64,000 bases of DNA from Spirochaetia bacterium (GTDB lineage: Bacteria > Spirochaetota > Spirochaetia > DSM-27196 > Salinispiraceae): NCBI GenBank assembly GCA_038204425.1, contig JBBRCZ010000006.1, forward strand, positions 80,363 to 144,362, in the 5' to 3' direction. Of this stretch, positions 28,771 through 39,125 are shown one piece after another; the stretch's first letter is position 1, and the number at the start of each line of letters is the position of its first letter. Both the position numbers and the translations under genes were made by a program. The notes beneath the pieces were generated by a model. It worked only from the letters and a program-made list of their open reading frames with translations, ran no database searches and was not told the origin of the DNA.

Positions 28771-30432
28771 ATGATCTTAATTATCGATAATTTTGATTCT
28801 TTCACCCATAACCTCTATCAATATTTCCGCGAGATTAGTTCTGATGAGGTCAAAGTCGTCAGAAATAACGCGATCACTATTGAACAGATTGCTATAATGC
28901 AACCAAGTCACATAGTGATCTCACCGGGACCAGGCAGACCCGAGGAAGCTGGAATCTCCGAAGAAGTTATTTTGCGCTTTATGGGCCAGATTCCGATCTT
29001 GGGAGTGTGTTTGGGCCATCAAGCAATAGGTCATGCCTTGGGTGGGCGCATCGTTGGCGCAGACCGAATTGTGCATGGCAAAGTCGAAGGAATTGAAGTG
29101 GACGGCAAGGGCATTTTTCGCTCAATTCAGAGCCCTGCAAATTTTACACGCTATCATTCTTTGGCGGTGGAAGAGTCCAGTCTGCCTGCAGAGCTTGAGA
29201 TTAGTGCGCGCAGTCCTGACGGTCAAATTATGGGGCTGAGGCACAAACAATACATTCTCGAAGGTGTGCAGTTTCATCCCGAGTCGATTGCCAGCGAAGA
29301 GGGTAAGAAGCTCCTACGCAATTTTCTCAACTATCGCCGCGAAGCCTTTGATTCAGTCAACGTTCTTTCCAAGATTATGGCACGCAATGACTTAAGCTCG
29401 GACGAGGCCGCACTTTTTATGGAAGAACTAACCGAAGGCAACCTCAACGATTTGCAAATTACAGGATTTTTGACGGCTCTGGCGACCAAGGGCCCCAATG
29501 CTGATGAGATCGCTGGATGTGCGCGGGTGCTTAAACGCAAGCTGCTGCCAATCAAAGCCGCCGCCGACAAAGAATGTCTTGACACTTGTGGCACCGGCGG
29601 CGATGGACTACACAGTTTTAACATTTCTAGTATGGCAGCCTTAGTTGTATCGGCTTGTGGCATCCGCGTAGCCAAACATGGCAACCGCGCCGTCAGTTCA
29701 CAAGCTGGTAGTGCCGATTTTTATGCAGCGCTTGGTATTGAAATACAATTGACTGCAGCCGAATCCACGACTATGCTCAACACCAACGACTTTGCTTTTT
29801 TGTTTGCCCCAAACTACCATAGCGCTATGCGTTTTGCCGGCAACGCCCGCCGTGCTCTACGAGTAAAAACAATTATGAACTTGATGGGACCCTTGGTTAA
29901 TCCTGCTTCAGCTGGCTATCAGCTGATCGGCGTTTATGACCAAGGCTTGTGCTTACCCATGGCCCAGGCGGCAACTATGCTTGGTTCTAAGCGAGTGATG
30001 GTAGTGCACGGCCTTGATGGTATGGACGAGATCTCGGTAAGTGGAGCCAGTCGCATCGTGCTTATGGGACGTGAAGGCGAACATCAAGATTACGTTTTTG
30101 ACCCACGAGAGAACGGTTTGGAGATTTTTCCGATTGAAGCTCTGCGTGGTGGAAATGCGGAAATGAATGCAGCCATGGCTAGGGTTTTGGCCGGTCTGGA
30201 TGGGGTTGAGCAGCTTGCTACTTTGCACTTTCATCCCAATGCGCTTGCGGCTTGCAAACAAGCAGTTTTGCTCAACGCCGGCGCTGCTCTGCATGTAGCA
30301 GGCAAAGCTGCATCAATAATGGCCGGCTATAGCGTGGCCGAGCAAGCCTTGAGAGACGGCGGTGTGGCCCGCAAAATATTGGCCAGTATCCAAATGAGTC
30401 ATGCTCTCTTTGGTAGTGGAGGAAGGCTCTAA
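28771..30432 (+). CDS. trpGD: Anthranilate synthase component II fused to anthranilate phosphoribosyltransferase
   Basis: IDNFDSFT, SPGPG, GVCLGHQ and QFHPES, then DTCGTGGD, KHGNR and GPLVNP. Confidence 0.95.
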   Translation: MILIIDNFDSFTHNLYQYFREISSDEVKVVRNNAITIEQIAIMQPSHIVISPGPGRPEEAGISEEVILRFMGQIPILGVCLGHQAIGHALGGRIVGADRIVHGKVEGIEVDGKGIFRSIQSPANFTRYHSLAVEESSLPAELEISARSPDGQIMGLRHKQYILEGVQFHPESIASEEGKKLLRNFLNYRREAFDSVNVLSKIMARNDLSSDEAALFMEELTEGNLNDLQITGFLTALATKGPNADEIAGCARVLKRKLLPIKAAADKECLDTCGTGGDGLHSFNISSMAALVVSACGIRVAKHGNRAVSSQAGSADFYAALGIEIQLTAAESTTMLNTNDFAFLFAPNYHSAMRFAGNARRALRVKTIMNLMGPLVNPASAGYQLIGVYDQGLCLPMAQAATMLGSKRVMVVHGLDGMDEISVSGASRIVLMGREGEHQDYVFDPRENGLEIFPIEALRGGNAEMNAAMARVLAGLDGVEQLATLHFHPNALAACKQAVLLNAGAALHVAGKAASIMAGYSVAEQALRDGGVARKILASIQMSHALFGSGGRL

Positions 30433-31899
30433 GTGAGTACCCAGATACGGCAAGAAATCGTTCAACGTCGCAAAGAACGTATTAAGAATCAGGGCCACGA
30501 CTTTGGTCATGCTGTGCCACTAAAGCGCGAGCAAAAGCTTGTGCCTTTTGTAAGCCATCCGCTCTTGATTTGTGAAATTAAACGTCGTAGTCCTTCGCGC
30601 GGGCAGCTATCAGCAGACCTCGATCCGCTTGTACAAGCCCAACGCTACCACGCGCTTGGCGTCAATAGCATTTCAATCTTGACCGAAGAAGACTATTTCT
30701 CAGGCAGCTTGGAAGACTTGATGCTGGTAAAGCGGTCCTTGCCTGATGTCGCCGTACTGCGCAAAGATTTTTTGCTAGATATTGAAGATATAGAAGTTAG
30801 TTTTAGGGCCGGTGCTGATGCCATATTGTTGATTGCCTCCATGCTAGAAAAAGAGCTTTTATACAAAATGTATTATCATGCTGTAAAGCTGGGCATGGCA
30901 GTCTTGGTGGAAGTACATGACCACGACGAAATAGCGTTGGTGGCTGAGCTTAAGCCAATTCTGACTGGTATTAACTGTCGCGACTTGCAAAACTTTAGAC
31001 TTGACCGACTTTTACCACTTGCTAGACGTCAATCGATTGATTGGCCGTGTGATGTGGTTTTTGAGTCCGGAATCTTTACTGAGGAAGATGCCTATTTTGC
31101 GGCCTCTAATGGATTTAGCGGGATTTTAGTCGGCGAATCAGTTGTCAAGAATGCCGAGATTATCCCCAGTCTCAAGACCGGCCTTGTACGGGGTATGGAT
31201 CAAGCGTTAAGCAATCCACAGCAGACTCAGGGCTTTTGGCAGCGAATAGCTAACACGATAGAACAAAAAGCAGACAAACAGCCTTTGGTAAAGATTTGTG
31301 GTTTGTGTCGTGAGGAAGATGCTCGTTTGGCAGCAGAACTTGGAGCCGATGTGCTGGGGTTTATCTTTGCCGATAGTCCCCGGCGCTGTGACCCAGCTTT
31401 GCTAGAAAAACTGGCCGACTTATCGGTGCTAAAAGTAGCCGTTGTCGTCGTCGATTCTGCCATGCCTGGCATGCAAAGCTTGCCAAAAGAATTGCTCGAC
31501 CTACTGGAGCGTGGACTAGTTGACGCCTTGCAACTAAGTGGCCACGAAAGTCCAAGCTGGTGTGCAAGTTTACCTTGGCCCTATTACAAGGTGGCCCGAC
31601 TCAAGCAGCTGAGTGATATTGATGCTTTGGACACATGGCGCAGTCCGCGCATTCTTGTGGATGCTTGGGACCAACATGTTTACGGCGGAAGCGGTAAGCG
31701 TTTGTCCCATGAATTAGTGACTGGTTTGGCTAGTAAGCATAGTCTTTGGCTGGCTGGCGGACTGAATGCTGACAATGTAAGGCAAGTGATTGAAGACTAT
31801 CACCCGGAGTTGCTTGACCTTGCCTCTGGTATTGAGGCCAAACCCGGAGTCAAAGATCATCAACAGATGAGGCGTTTTTTTTCAGGAGTAAACACGTGA
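30433..31899 (+). CDS. trpCF: Indole-3-glycerol-phosphate synthase fused to phosphoribosylanthranilate isomerase
   Basis: EIKRRSPS, VLRKDF, GINCRDL and ESGI, then VKICGL, GGSG, LAGGL and SGIE. Confidence 0.94.
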   Translation: MSTQIRQEIVQRRKERIKNQGHDFGHAVPLKREQKLVPFVSHPLLICEIKRRSPSRGQLSADLDPLVQAQRYHALGVNSISILTEEDYFSGSLEDLMLVKRSLPDVAVLRKDFLLDIEDIEVSFRAGADAILLIASMLEKELLYKMYYHAVKLGMAVLVEVHDHDEIALVAELKPILTGINCRDLQNFRLDRLLPLARRQSIDWPCDVVFESGIFTEEDAYFAASNGFSGILVGESVVKNAEIIPSLKTGLVRGMDQALSNPQQTQGFWQRIANTIEQKADKQPLVKICGLCREEDARLAAELGADVLGFIFADSPRRCDPALLEKLADLSVLKVAVVVVDSAMPGMQSLPKELLDLLERGLVDALQLSGHESPSWCASLPWPYYKVARLKQLSDIDALDTWRSPRILVDAWDQHVYGGSGKRLSHELVTGLASKHSLWLAGGLNADNVRQVIEDYHPELLDLASGIEAKPGVKDHQQMRRFFSGVNT

Positions 31900-33149
31900 A
31901 GACTTATCAAGGAAGTTTTGGACCCTATGGAGGTCGATTTGTAGCCGAGATTTTACGACGGCCTCTCGATGAGCTGGAAGAAGAATTTAAAAAGGCTATT
32001 GTCGACCCAGCGTTTCATGCTGAGTTTGATGATATTTTAAAGACTTTTGTCGGACGCCCAACGCCTTTTTTGTTTGCGTCAAATGCCACTAAGGTGCTTG
32101 GTGGTGCGCAGATCTATATTAAGCAAGAAGGCCTAGCCGCTACGGGCGCCCACAAGATCAACAATGCTTTAGGGCAAGCAATCTTGGCAAAGCGCTTGGG
32201 CAAAACGCGTATTATTGCCGAAACGGGCGCTGGGCAACACGGTGTCGCCACGGCTGCAGTTTGTGCCAAACTGGGACTGCCCTGTCGCGTCTACATGGGT
32301 GAGGTCGATATGCGAAGGCAAAAACCTAATGTTTTTTGGATGCAGATGTATGGTGCAGAAGTAGTTGCCGTCAAAACCGGTAGTAAGACGCTCAAAGATG
32401 CCGTTAACGAAGCAATGCGGGACTGGTCGGGCTCGTTTTCTGATACGCACTACCTTTTGGGAAGTGCCCTTGGGCCATCGCCCTATCCTGACATGGTTAG
32501 GGAGTTCCAGAGCGTAATAGGTCGTGAGATTAAAGAGCAATGCGCAGCGCTAGGATTTGAACCTGATACTATTGTTGCTTGTGTAGGTGGAGGCTCAAAC
32601 GCTATTGGCGCCTTTGCTCCCTTTTTGGAAGCAAAACTTCCTCAATTGATTGGTGTTGAGGCAGGCGGTCGGGGAGAGCAGGTTGGCGACCACGCATCGC
32701 GGATGAATGGCCTCGGTGACACCGGCATAGTTCAGGGTTACAAGAGCAAATTTTTGTTGGATCAGGACGGTCAAGTCTTGCAGACTCACTCAATATCGGC
32801 AGGTCTCGACTATCCAGGAATTGGACCGCAATTGGCATGGTTGGGCGAAGAAGGAAGGGTGCAATTTCTTAGGGCCACTGATGCTGAGGCACTTGAAGGT
32901 TTAAAGTTTTTTGCACGTAAAGAAGGGGTAATCTTTGCGCTTGAGTCTGCTCACGCTGCCGCTGCGGTAATTAAACTTGCGCCCAGTTTGCCAAAAACCC
33001 ATCGTTTGGTGATTAACATGTCGGGTCGTGGCGACAAGGACCTCTTTATTACTGCTCGAGCCTTGGATACAGAATCCTGGAGTCAATTTTTGGCTTCTGA
33101 GCTGGACTCAATTAGAGAAGAAGTAAGTCAACCGCAAGGGACCTTATGA
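31896..33149 (+). CDS. trpB: Tryptophan synthase beta chain
   Basis: TGAHKINN, AETGAGQHG, CVGGGSNA, SISAGLDYPG and SGRGDKD. Confidence 0.97.
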   Translation: MKTYQGSFGPYGGRFVAEILRRPLDELEEEFKKAIVDPAFHAEFDDILKTFVGRPTPFLFASNATKVLGGAQIYIKQEGLAATGAHKINNALGQAILAKRLGKTRIIAETGAGQHGVATAAVCAKLGLPCRVYMGEVDMRRQKPNVFWMQMYGAEVVAVKTGSKTLKDAVNEAMRDWSGSFSDTHYLLGSALGPSPYPDMVREFQSVIGREIKEQCAALGFEPDTIVACVGGGSNAIGAFAPFLEAKLPQLIGVEAGGRGEQVGDHASRMNGLGDTGIVQGYKSKFLLDQDGQVLQTHSISAGLDYPGIGPQLAWLGEEGRVQFLRATDAEALEGLKFFARKEGVIFALESAHAAAAVIKLAPSLPKTHRLVINMSGRGDKDLFITARALDTESWSQFLASELDSIREEVSQPQGTL

Positions 33150-33907
33150 TGAACAAAGTACAATTGATGGCGCACATGATCCCCTACTATCCCGACCAGC
33201 AAAAATCTGTTGAAGTTGTCGATGCATTGGTGCAGGCCGGCATTAGTCAACTGGAAGTGCAGTTTCCTTTTTCGGATCCTACTGCCGATGGGCCTGTTAT
33301 AGAAGCAGCGTGTACCAAAGCACTCAGTTCTGGCTTTACTGTCGACAAAGGCTTTGCCTTTGTGGCAGCTGTGGCTGAAGCATGTAAACAAGCTGGTATA
33401 GAAATTTTTATTATGACTTACGCAAGCTTGGTACACCGACGCGGAGTTAAAGAGTTTATCGAAGCCAGCCTAAAAGCAGGCGCAAGTGGACTAATTGTGC
33501 CTGACCTGCCTCCAGACTCCGATGAGGGACTTTATGCACTCGGCAAGCAAGCCGGGCTGTCCATCGTACCGGTAATCACCATCAGTATTAGTCAAAAACG
33601 ACTGGAGATGGTTAGAAAGCTTGACAGCAAGTATCTCTATTGTGCTCTACGGGCTGGTACTACTGGCAGTGCAACCAATCTTGACAAGCAAGTGCTCGAC
33701 TTCTTGGATCTACTCAAAGGCCAGAACAAAAAAATCTTTGGTGGCTTTGGTATCGACGGACCGGCTAGGGCAGCAGCTCTCGCGCCCCATGTGCATAGCG
33801 TAGTAGTTGGTTCGGCTATAGTTAGGGTTATCGATGCTGCCAATGCGCAGAAACAAAGTGTCAAAGATGCTGTGCTTCACTTTGTGCATCAACTGCAGGG
33901 CATATGA
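33146..33907 (+). CDS. trpA: Tryptophan synthase alpha chain
   Basis: EVQFPFSDPTADGPVI, IVPDLP, GTTG, GFGI and VVGSA. Confidence 0.95.
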   Translation: MMNKVQLMAHMIPYYPDQQKSVEVVDALVQAGISQLEVQFPFSDPTADGPVIEAACTKALSSGFTVDKGFAFVAAVAEACKQAGIEIFIMTYASLVHRRGVKEFIEASLKAGASGLIVPDLPPDSDEGLYALGKQAGLSIVPVITISISQKRLEMVRKLDSKYLYCALRAGTTGSATNLDKQVLDFLDLLKGQNKKIFGGFGIDGPARAAALAPHVHSVVVGSAIVRVIDAANAQKQSVKDAVLHFVHQLQGI

Positions 33908-34239
33908 GCGAGGTAGGATTTGTTTCAATGGCAGACTTTGAGTCCACGGTTCTAATGGCAACCAAGCCCGTGATTGTCAATTTTACTGCCAGCTGGTGTG
34001 CTCCGTGCAAGGTACTAGAACCCCAGCTCAAATTGCTTGCAGAGCAGTGGAAGGGCAAACTTAGTCTAGTATCTATCGATGTCGATCAAAATCTCGAGCT
34101 TTCTGAGCTCTACGAAGTCATAAGTATACCGCTCTTGCTGATCTTCAGCGCTGGGCAGCTCAAAGCTCGCCGCGCTGGCATAGTTGCTTTGTCCGCCCTA
34201 AATGCCATTTTTGAAGAAGCTTCTGCTTACGGCACATAA
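33904..34239 (+). CDS. Thioredoxin-family protein
   Basis: FTASWCAPCK and a cis-Pro motif SIP. It overlaps trpA by ATGA. Confidence 0.88.
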   Translation: MSEVGFVSMADFESTVLMATKPVIVNFTASWCAPCKVLEPQLKLLAEQWKGKLSLVSIDVDQNLELSELYEVISIPLLLIFSAGQLKARRAGIVALSALNAIFEEASAYGT

Positions 34240-35279
34240 ACTGCCAAAGAATTGGGCAATCCAATACTTGCTCCTGAGCTTTCGCACACATACCATGCTT
34301 GTTTTCCGTTGGGAGAGATTCCTGTCTTTCTGTTGAGAGACCGTGTGCCCGTAAGTCCCACACTTGAAGCGGCGTCTTCTACTCTAATGCTGGCATCGGC
34401 CAATGCCCAGACTGCTTCTTGTTCCAAGAACTGAGCTCGAGAGAGCATGCGGCTGGATCCAAAACTCAGGTAATCCTTGCCTTCTTGACTCTCTTTGTCA
34501 CCGTAATAGAGGCAATCCATGAGCGGCCCTAGCGGCGTTTCGGCCAATGAAATTATTGCGTGGCTGTCGGGTAGTCCAGCGCCTTCCTTTAGCCAAAAGT
34601 CCCATGCATCCGGCTGAGCATTCTTTCCACCCGAGGCCGATTTTGAGCTGGTTTCGTTAACCTCCTGCGTTAAACCTTCGGGCTTAAGGTGCAAGACTAT
34701 AAGTTCGTCTTTTTTTACCAGCATGTTTGGAAAGATAAAACGGTGTTCGTAGTCTTCTGGGCTTCCCAAGAAAAAGCACAGCCCTGCCAAATTGCCCGCC
34801 CGTTTGACCAAAAACTCCACAGCGTCGCTGTTTTTGCTAGAAACCTTAGTAAGCACTTCATTAATTATTAGTTGAGCCGGATTTGTATTGGGTCCAAAAA
34901 AAGGAAGCACAATGCGCAACATATTGCCACTTTGGTCGCGCACCGTCAAACCCATATTGTACTGCTGGCCAGGCGTAGAAGGGGCAGCCATCAAAATTTC
35001 AAAGTCCGAAAGATAGGCGTCAGACAACTGTTGGTCATTGGCAACAGAAAGTCCACCATCCAGAATTAGCGAGTCTTTTAACAGTTGGACGGGTTCGTCA
35101 AAGGTCATCAAGACTCGACCGTCAGAACAGACCTGATGTTTAGTCAATTGAGGGGCCAAGAAATCACCATAACCGAGCTGCGACTGTGGCTCAGCAGTAC
35201 TTGGGTGTTTGCAAGCGGCGAGGACCATTAGAAATGGCAAGAGAATACCAAACATCAAAACCAAACTTTTTGCGGGCAT
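34227..35279 (-). CDS. Spirochaetal lipoprotein with Ig-like and lamin-tail-like domains
   Basis: Lipobox LAAC, TFDEPV, DQSGN and LIINEV...DAVEF. The start is placed at ATG 35279 after GGAG. Confidence 0.6.
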   Translation of the reverse strand: MPAKSLVLMFGILLPFLMVLAACKHPSTAEPQSQLGYGDFLAPQLTKHQVCSDGRVLMTFDEPVQLLKDSLILDGGLSVANDQQLSDAYLSDFEILMAAPSTPGQQYNMGLTVRDQSGNMLRIVLPFFGPNTNPAQLIINEVLTKVSSKNSDAVEFLVKRAGNLAGLCFFLGSPEDYEHRFIFPNMLVKKDELIVLHLKPEGLTQEVNETSSKSASGGKNAQPDAWDFWLKEGAGLPDSHAIISLAETPLGPLMDCLYYGDKESQEGKDYLSFGSSRMLSRAQFLEQEAVWALADASIRVEDAASSVGLTGTRSLNRKTGISPNGKQAWYVCESSGASIGLPNSLAVYVP

Positions 35280-35346
35280 AGATCTGCTCCTTTGCCCTAT
35301 ATACCACTTGCCTTTGTACTTTGATTGTACCGACACTAATAGAGAG

Positions 35347-35916
35347 ATGAAAAAAACAGCAAAAACCAAAAAAAATCATACGGGACTGCTTGGCCTGATG
35401 GCCCTAACAATCTTCCTATTTGGATTTAGCTCGAGTGATTCAGCTGCCCAAGGTCTGCCGCGCAAAGAGCCCCTTCCAAATTTCGTTGCAGTAGACGCTG
35501 TTTTGCTGGGAGAGCCACGACGGGCCTTTTTGCCTTTGCTACTTACCGTAGAAGGCATGCAGGACTTTGTGGTCGCCGAATACCGTATAAAAAAAACCGA
35601 TGCCACTTTTAAGGTTTACTACTTAAAAGACGCGCCAAAGCCACTGTGGCCAGAGGCCAGACTAAGTTGTCTTCCACTCTTTGGCCCCGGGCGCTGGCGC
35701 TGGTATCCGGCTCAAGACAGGACGTACCTTTTTGACCCAGCTGGTCCAGCACAAAATTGGTTGCTATTTGAGTTCCCGCTAATTGTTGCAGACTCATGCA
35801 AGCTGATTACCCGGTTTTTGCAAAGCGCAGCATACTTGCGCGCAATCGAACAACGAAGAAACCCACTAAAAGACTACGGCAGTTTTTATCCTGCTTTGAT
35901 TGGGCTCCTGCCTTAA
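35347..35916 (+). CDS. Hypothetical exported protein
   Basis: Signal-peptide-like N-terminus (MKKTAKTKK...LLGLMALTIFLFG). Confidence 0.55.
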   Translation: MKKTAKTKKNHTGLLGLMALTIFLFGFSSSDSAAQGLPRKEPLPNFVAVDAVLLGEPRRAFLPLLLTVEGMQDFVVAEYRIKKTDATFKVYYLKDAPKPLWPEARLSCLPLFGPGRWRWYPAQDRTYLFDPAGPAQNWLLFEFPLIVADSCKLITRFLQSAAYLRAIEQRRNPLKDYGSFYPALIGLLP

Positions 35917-35980
35917 AGACCGTGAGAGTTTCTGCTGACTTTGCTTATTTGTGACTTGAGGCGTGCCGACAATTAATAAC

Positions 35981-37093
35981 ATGACTAGCAGCAAGACTTT
36001 GTTGATTTTACTGTTTTTAGCGGCACTACTTGTGCCGTTGAGCGCTCAAGATCTACGTATTGGCAGTTCTGACCTTCGGATCGAAGCAAGCACAGATGCT
36101 GGGTATTACCTCTATATTCGCAAGGTAGCTGGGGTACAATCGGTTCTAATTACCGAATCCACCGAGGATCCGGCACGAAAAGTTGCGAGTTACGCCTTGC
36201 GTAATCCAGTCTATCACCCCGAAAACGGCGACGAAAAACGCATGCTTGACGGGCAGATGCTCAGCAACAAGGATCGTTACTCATTGATTGATTCGACGCC
36301 CATGAGTGATGCAGGTTTTGGTCAAGCGTTTAGAATCTATATTCCTTATGTTATCGTTTTTGGCTATCCCAATGCACGTTACGGCCAAATTCAAGTCTTG
36401 GATGGCAGCTATCTAAGCATACGAGCCTTTTCTAAACCATATGCCGACTATACTGGCGTATTTACCGACAACCCATTTGTGATTCGCATCGCCCAAGCGG
36501 CACGTAGTGAAAAAACGGCGCTAAGCTATTTGGGTGATACCGTCAGAAGCTATACTGACCTAACCAAAGACAGTGATGGAAAACTAATATACTCAAAAGG
36601 TGAGGCTGATCTCTTGCGGGACCTAACTGATCTATTGGGTTCCATTCGTGGTGACGACCTCGACTTTGTTTTGGTGCTCGACGCCACCAAGAGCATGGAA
36701 AACGACGCACCATTTCTGCGCGATCAACTAGTTCCCTATCTTAATCAACTAACTAAGTCAAAAATTAGTCTGCGTTGTGGCGTTGTTCAGTATCGCGACT
36801 ACTTGGAAGACTTTCTTTACAAGATTACGCCCTTGCAAAGCAGTTTTGGGACTATTCAAGAATCGCTAAATACCTATCGTCCGGCGGGCGGCCGCGACAC
36901 GCCAGAGGCCGTTAACGAGGCGCTTTTTGCAGCCATCAACGAGTTTGACTGGAAGGCCAAAAACCGAGTGGTGGTCCTCGTTGGCGATGCGCCGCCACAC
37001 CCTATACCGCGCGGACTAATTACTTCAGAAATGGTAAAGGCTATTGCCAAAGAAAAATCTATAATTGTGCATGCGGTCATCTTGCCACAGTAG
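35981..37093 (+). CDS. Exported von Willebrand factor A domain protein
   Basis: Signal peptide, MIDAS-like VLDATKSM, YRDY, GGRDTPEA and VGDAPPH. Confidence 0.85.
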   Translation: MTSSKTLLILLFLAALLVPLSAQDLRIGSSDLRIEASTDAGYYLYIRKVAGVQSVLITESTEDPARKVASYALRNPVYHPENGDEKRMLDGQMLSNKDRYSLIDSTPMSDAGFGQAFRIYIPYVIVFGYPNARYGQIQVLDGSYLSIRAFSKPYADYTGVFTDNPFVIRIAQAARSEKTALSYLGDTVRSYTDLTKDSDGKLIYSKGEADLLRDLTDLLGSIRGDDLDFVLVLDATKSMENDAPFLRDQLVPYLNQLTKSKISLRCGVVQYRDYLEDFLYKITPLQSSFGTIQESLNTYRPAGGRDTPEAVNEALFAAINEFDWKAKNRVVVLVGDAPPHPIPRGLITSEMVKAIAKEKSIIVHAVILPQ

Positions 37094-37102
37094 TACGATT
37101 GT

Positions 37103-37567
37103 TTAGGGGGCGAGTGTCGTCGTGCTTGTGCTTGTACTGACTAAACTTCCCAGTTTTGCGTCGATTATAACTAAGAGCCTTTTGGAAAGCACCTTGATTT
37201 TTTGGGGCAGCTTGGCGCCGTTTTCACCATCGAATAGTTTTAACAAGGCATCAAAGGATGCTTTTGCAAGTACTAAGTTACCCGTTTTGTATTCGATCTG
37301 TGCCAGTAGGTAGTCCGCTTCAATCGAGGCATCACTATCTTCAGCAAACCTAACTTTAAGCGTTTCAAGATAAACAGTCGCTGCCGGATAGTTGTTGAGA
37401 TTGATAAAGTCCTGCGCCCGTTGAAAGAGAACCGCTTTGCTTAGGTCTGCGGGAATTTCTTCTGCTTTTACTTGAGTTGCGCAGGCAAACAAGCTGCTAC
37501 TCATAACAACAACCAACAGTCCAAGACTGCAGATCACTAGAAACTGGCTAAAAATGTTCTTTTTCAT
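37103..37567 (-). CDS. Small TPR lipoprotein
   Basis: Lipobox LFAC, LFQRAQD, and a TPR-like segment ADYLLAQIEYK. Confidence 0.65.
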   Translation of the reverse strand: MKKNIFSQFLVICSLGLLVVVMSSSLFACATQVKAEEIPADLSKAVLFQRAQDFINLNNYPAATVYLETLKVRFAEDSDASIEADYLLAQIEYKTGNLVLAKASFDALLKLFDGENGAKLPQKIKVLSKRLLVIIDAKLGSLVSTSTSTTTLAP

Positions 37568-37610
37568 ATCTGAATAATAACAACAAGCGAGAAGATTGTA
37601 CATTACAGCT

Positions 37611-38957
37611 TTAGCTCGTGAATTCGGGGTGTTCATCGAGAATTGGAATCAGAACGGCCTGGGAACTAACTGCAGGCAGGCTATTGATCTGGGCGACGGC
37701 CGCATTCATAGCCATTTCGCTGGCTGGGTGCAGAATGATTACTAGTGGCGTTGATGACTGTCCACTTTGGTTTTCAGGTATTTCTGCCTGATGGATGCTG
37801 GCAACGCTCAGCTGATGGCTTCCTAAAACAGCAGTCACCGTGGCCAAGCTGCCGGGTTTGTCGTGTACATTGAGACGCAGGTAGTAACGTCTAATTATCT
37901 TGTCGTCGCCCACTAATGCAAGGTCGCTCGACCGGTCCGACCAAATATTGACTTGCTTAAATACAATCGGATACGAACCAAGGGCTATGCTGATAAGGTC
38001 AGAAACAATGGCACTGGCAGTTGGTCGGGCTCCGGCGCCGCGACCGTAGTAGAGCGTATGGCCAACAGCACTTCCATAGACGCTGAGTGCATTAAAGCTT
38101 CCTGACACCCAAGCCAAAGGGTGACTATGACTGATGAAAGCAGGTTCAACGCGTACAAATATACCGTCTAAGCTGCGCTGGGCTTGGGCTATAAGTTTGA
38201 TTACATAGCCCAATTTGACACCGGCGCTTACATCCTGATAGTCAAGCGAGTCTATGCCTTTGACTGATACCTGCTCAAGTTGGACCTTGCTGCCAAAAGC
38301 TAGACCTGCCAAGATTGCGATCTTGTGACTGGCATCGTGTCCTTGTACGTCAAGGCTTGGATCGGCCTCGGCAAAGCCAGCTTTTTGGGCGTCAGCGAGC
38401 GCGCTCGAGTACGAGGCACCTTTGCTTATCATCTCTGTCAAAATAAAATTGCACGTGCCGTTGACTATGCCAAACAAGGCATTGATGGTATTGGCAGCCA
38501 AACCGTCGTAGAGGGCCCTTACGATCGGGATGCCACCTGCGCAGCTGGCTTCAAATGCTATACTGAGCCCGTTCTGACGAGCGATTTCAAACAGTTCACT
38601 GCCGTGATGAGCCAATAGCGCTTTGTTGGCTGTAACTACGTGTTTGCCGTTAGTCAGGGCAAGCTTAATCAAGTCGCGCGCAAAACCAGTCCCGCCTACC
38701 AACTCCACAATTACATCAACGTTTTTGTCTTTGAGTACTGGATCCAGATCTTCGTGTAGCAGCTGTTGTGGCAGGCCTATCTCCCTGGCATGGCTCAAGT
38801 TCTTGTCGACAATCGCGACCAGGTCGAGCTGAAGCCCAAGTCTTGACAGGTAGTTCTGACTATTTTCCAAAAGTACTTGTGCTGTGCCGCCGCCAACAAT
38901 ACCGCAGCCTACTATCGCAATTCCTAGACGTTTGATTTCTGGTTTGTTGACCGACAT
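37611..38957 (-). CDS. hom: Homoserine dehydrogenase with an ACT domain
   Basis: GCGIVG, VVTANKA, FEASCAGGIP, NGTCNFIL, AEADPSLDV, GRGAGARPTASA and DKPG. Confidence 0.95.
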   Translation of the reverse strand: MSVNKPEIKRLGIAIVGCGIVGGGTAQVLLENSQNYLSRLGLQLDLVAIVDKNLSHAREIGLPQQLLHEDLDPVLKDKNVDVIVELVGGTGFARDLIKLALTNGKHVVTANKALLAHHGSELFEIARQNGLSIAFEASCAGGIPIVRALYDGLAANTINALFGIVNGTCNFILTEMISKGASYSSALADAQKAGFAEADPSLDVQGHDASHKIAILAGLAFGSKVQLEQVSVKGIDSLDYQDVSAGVKLGYVIKLIAQAQRSLDGIFVRVEPAFISHSHPLAWVSGSFNALSVYGSAVGHTLYYGRGAGARPTASAIVSDLISIALGSYPIVFKQVNIWSDRSSDLALVGDDKIIRRYYLRLNVHDKPGSLATVTAVLGSHQLSVASIHQAEIPENQSGQSSTPLVIILHPASEMAMNAAVAQINSLPAVSSQAVLIPILDEHPEFTS

Positions 38958-39040
38958 ACTTAGCGCTCCTTGGCAGAACTGCCCAAAAAAATTGAAGTCT
39001 GATGCTGCAAATTGAGTCAGCGATTGTATTATGACTCCGC

Positions 39041-39069
39041 ATCTTAGAAATCTTTGCCCAAGCTGTCAA
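39041..39069 (-). promoter_or_regulatory. sigma70 promoter of hom
   Basis: TTGACA-17 nt-TAAGAT. Confidence 0.65.
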
Positions 39070-39125
39070 TCAAAAAACGTTTTTTGCGCCTTGGACTGGA
39101 ATTATTTGAAGATATGTAAGAAAAT

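Noticed and set aside
38960..39040. Hairpins in the hom 5' leader as a SAM or Thr/Ile attenuator
   Set aside because: The stems are short (GAGUCA/UGACUC), there is no Thr/Ile-rich leader peptide, and no convincing SAM riboswitch consensus.
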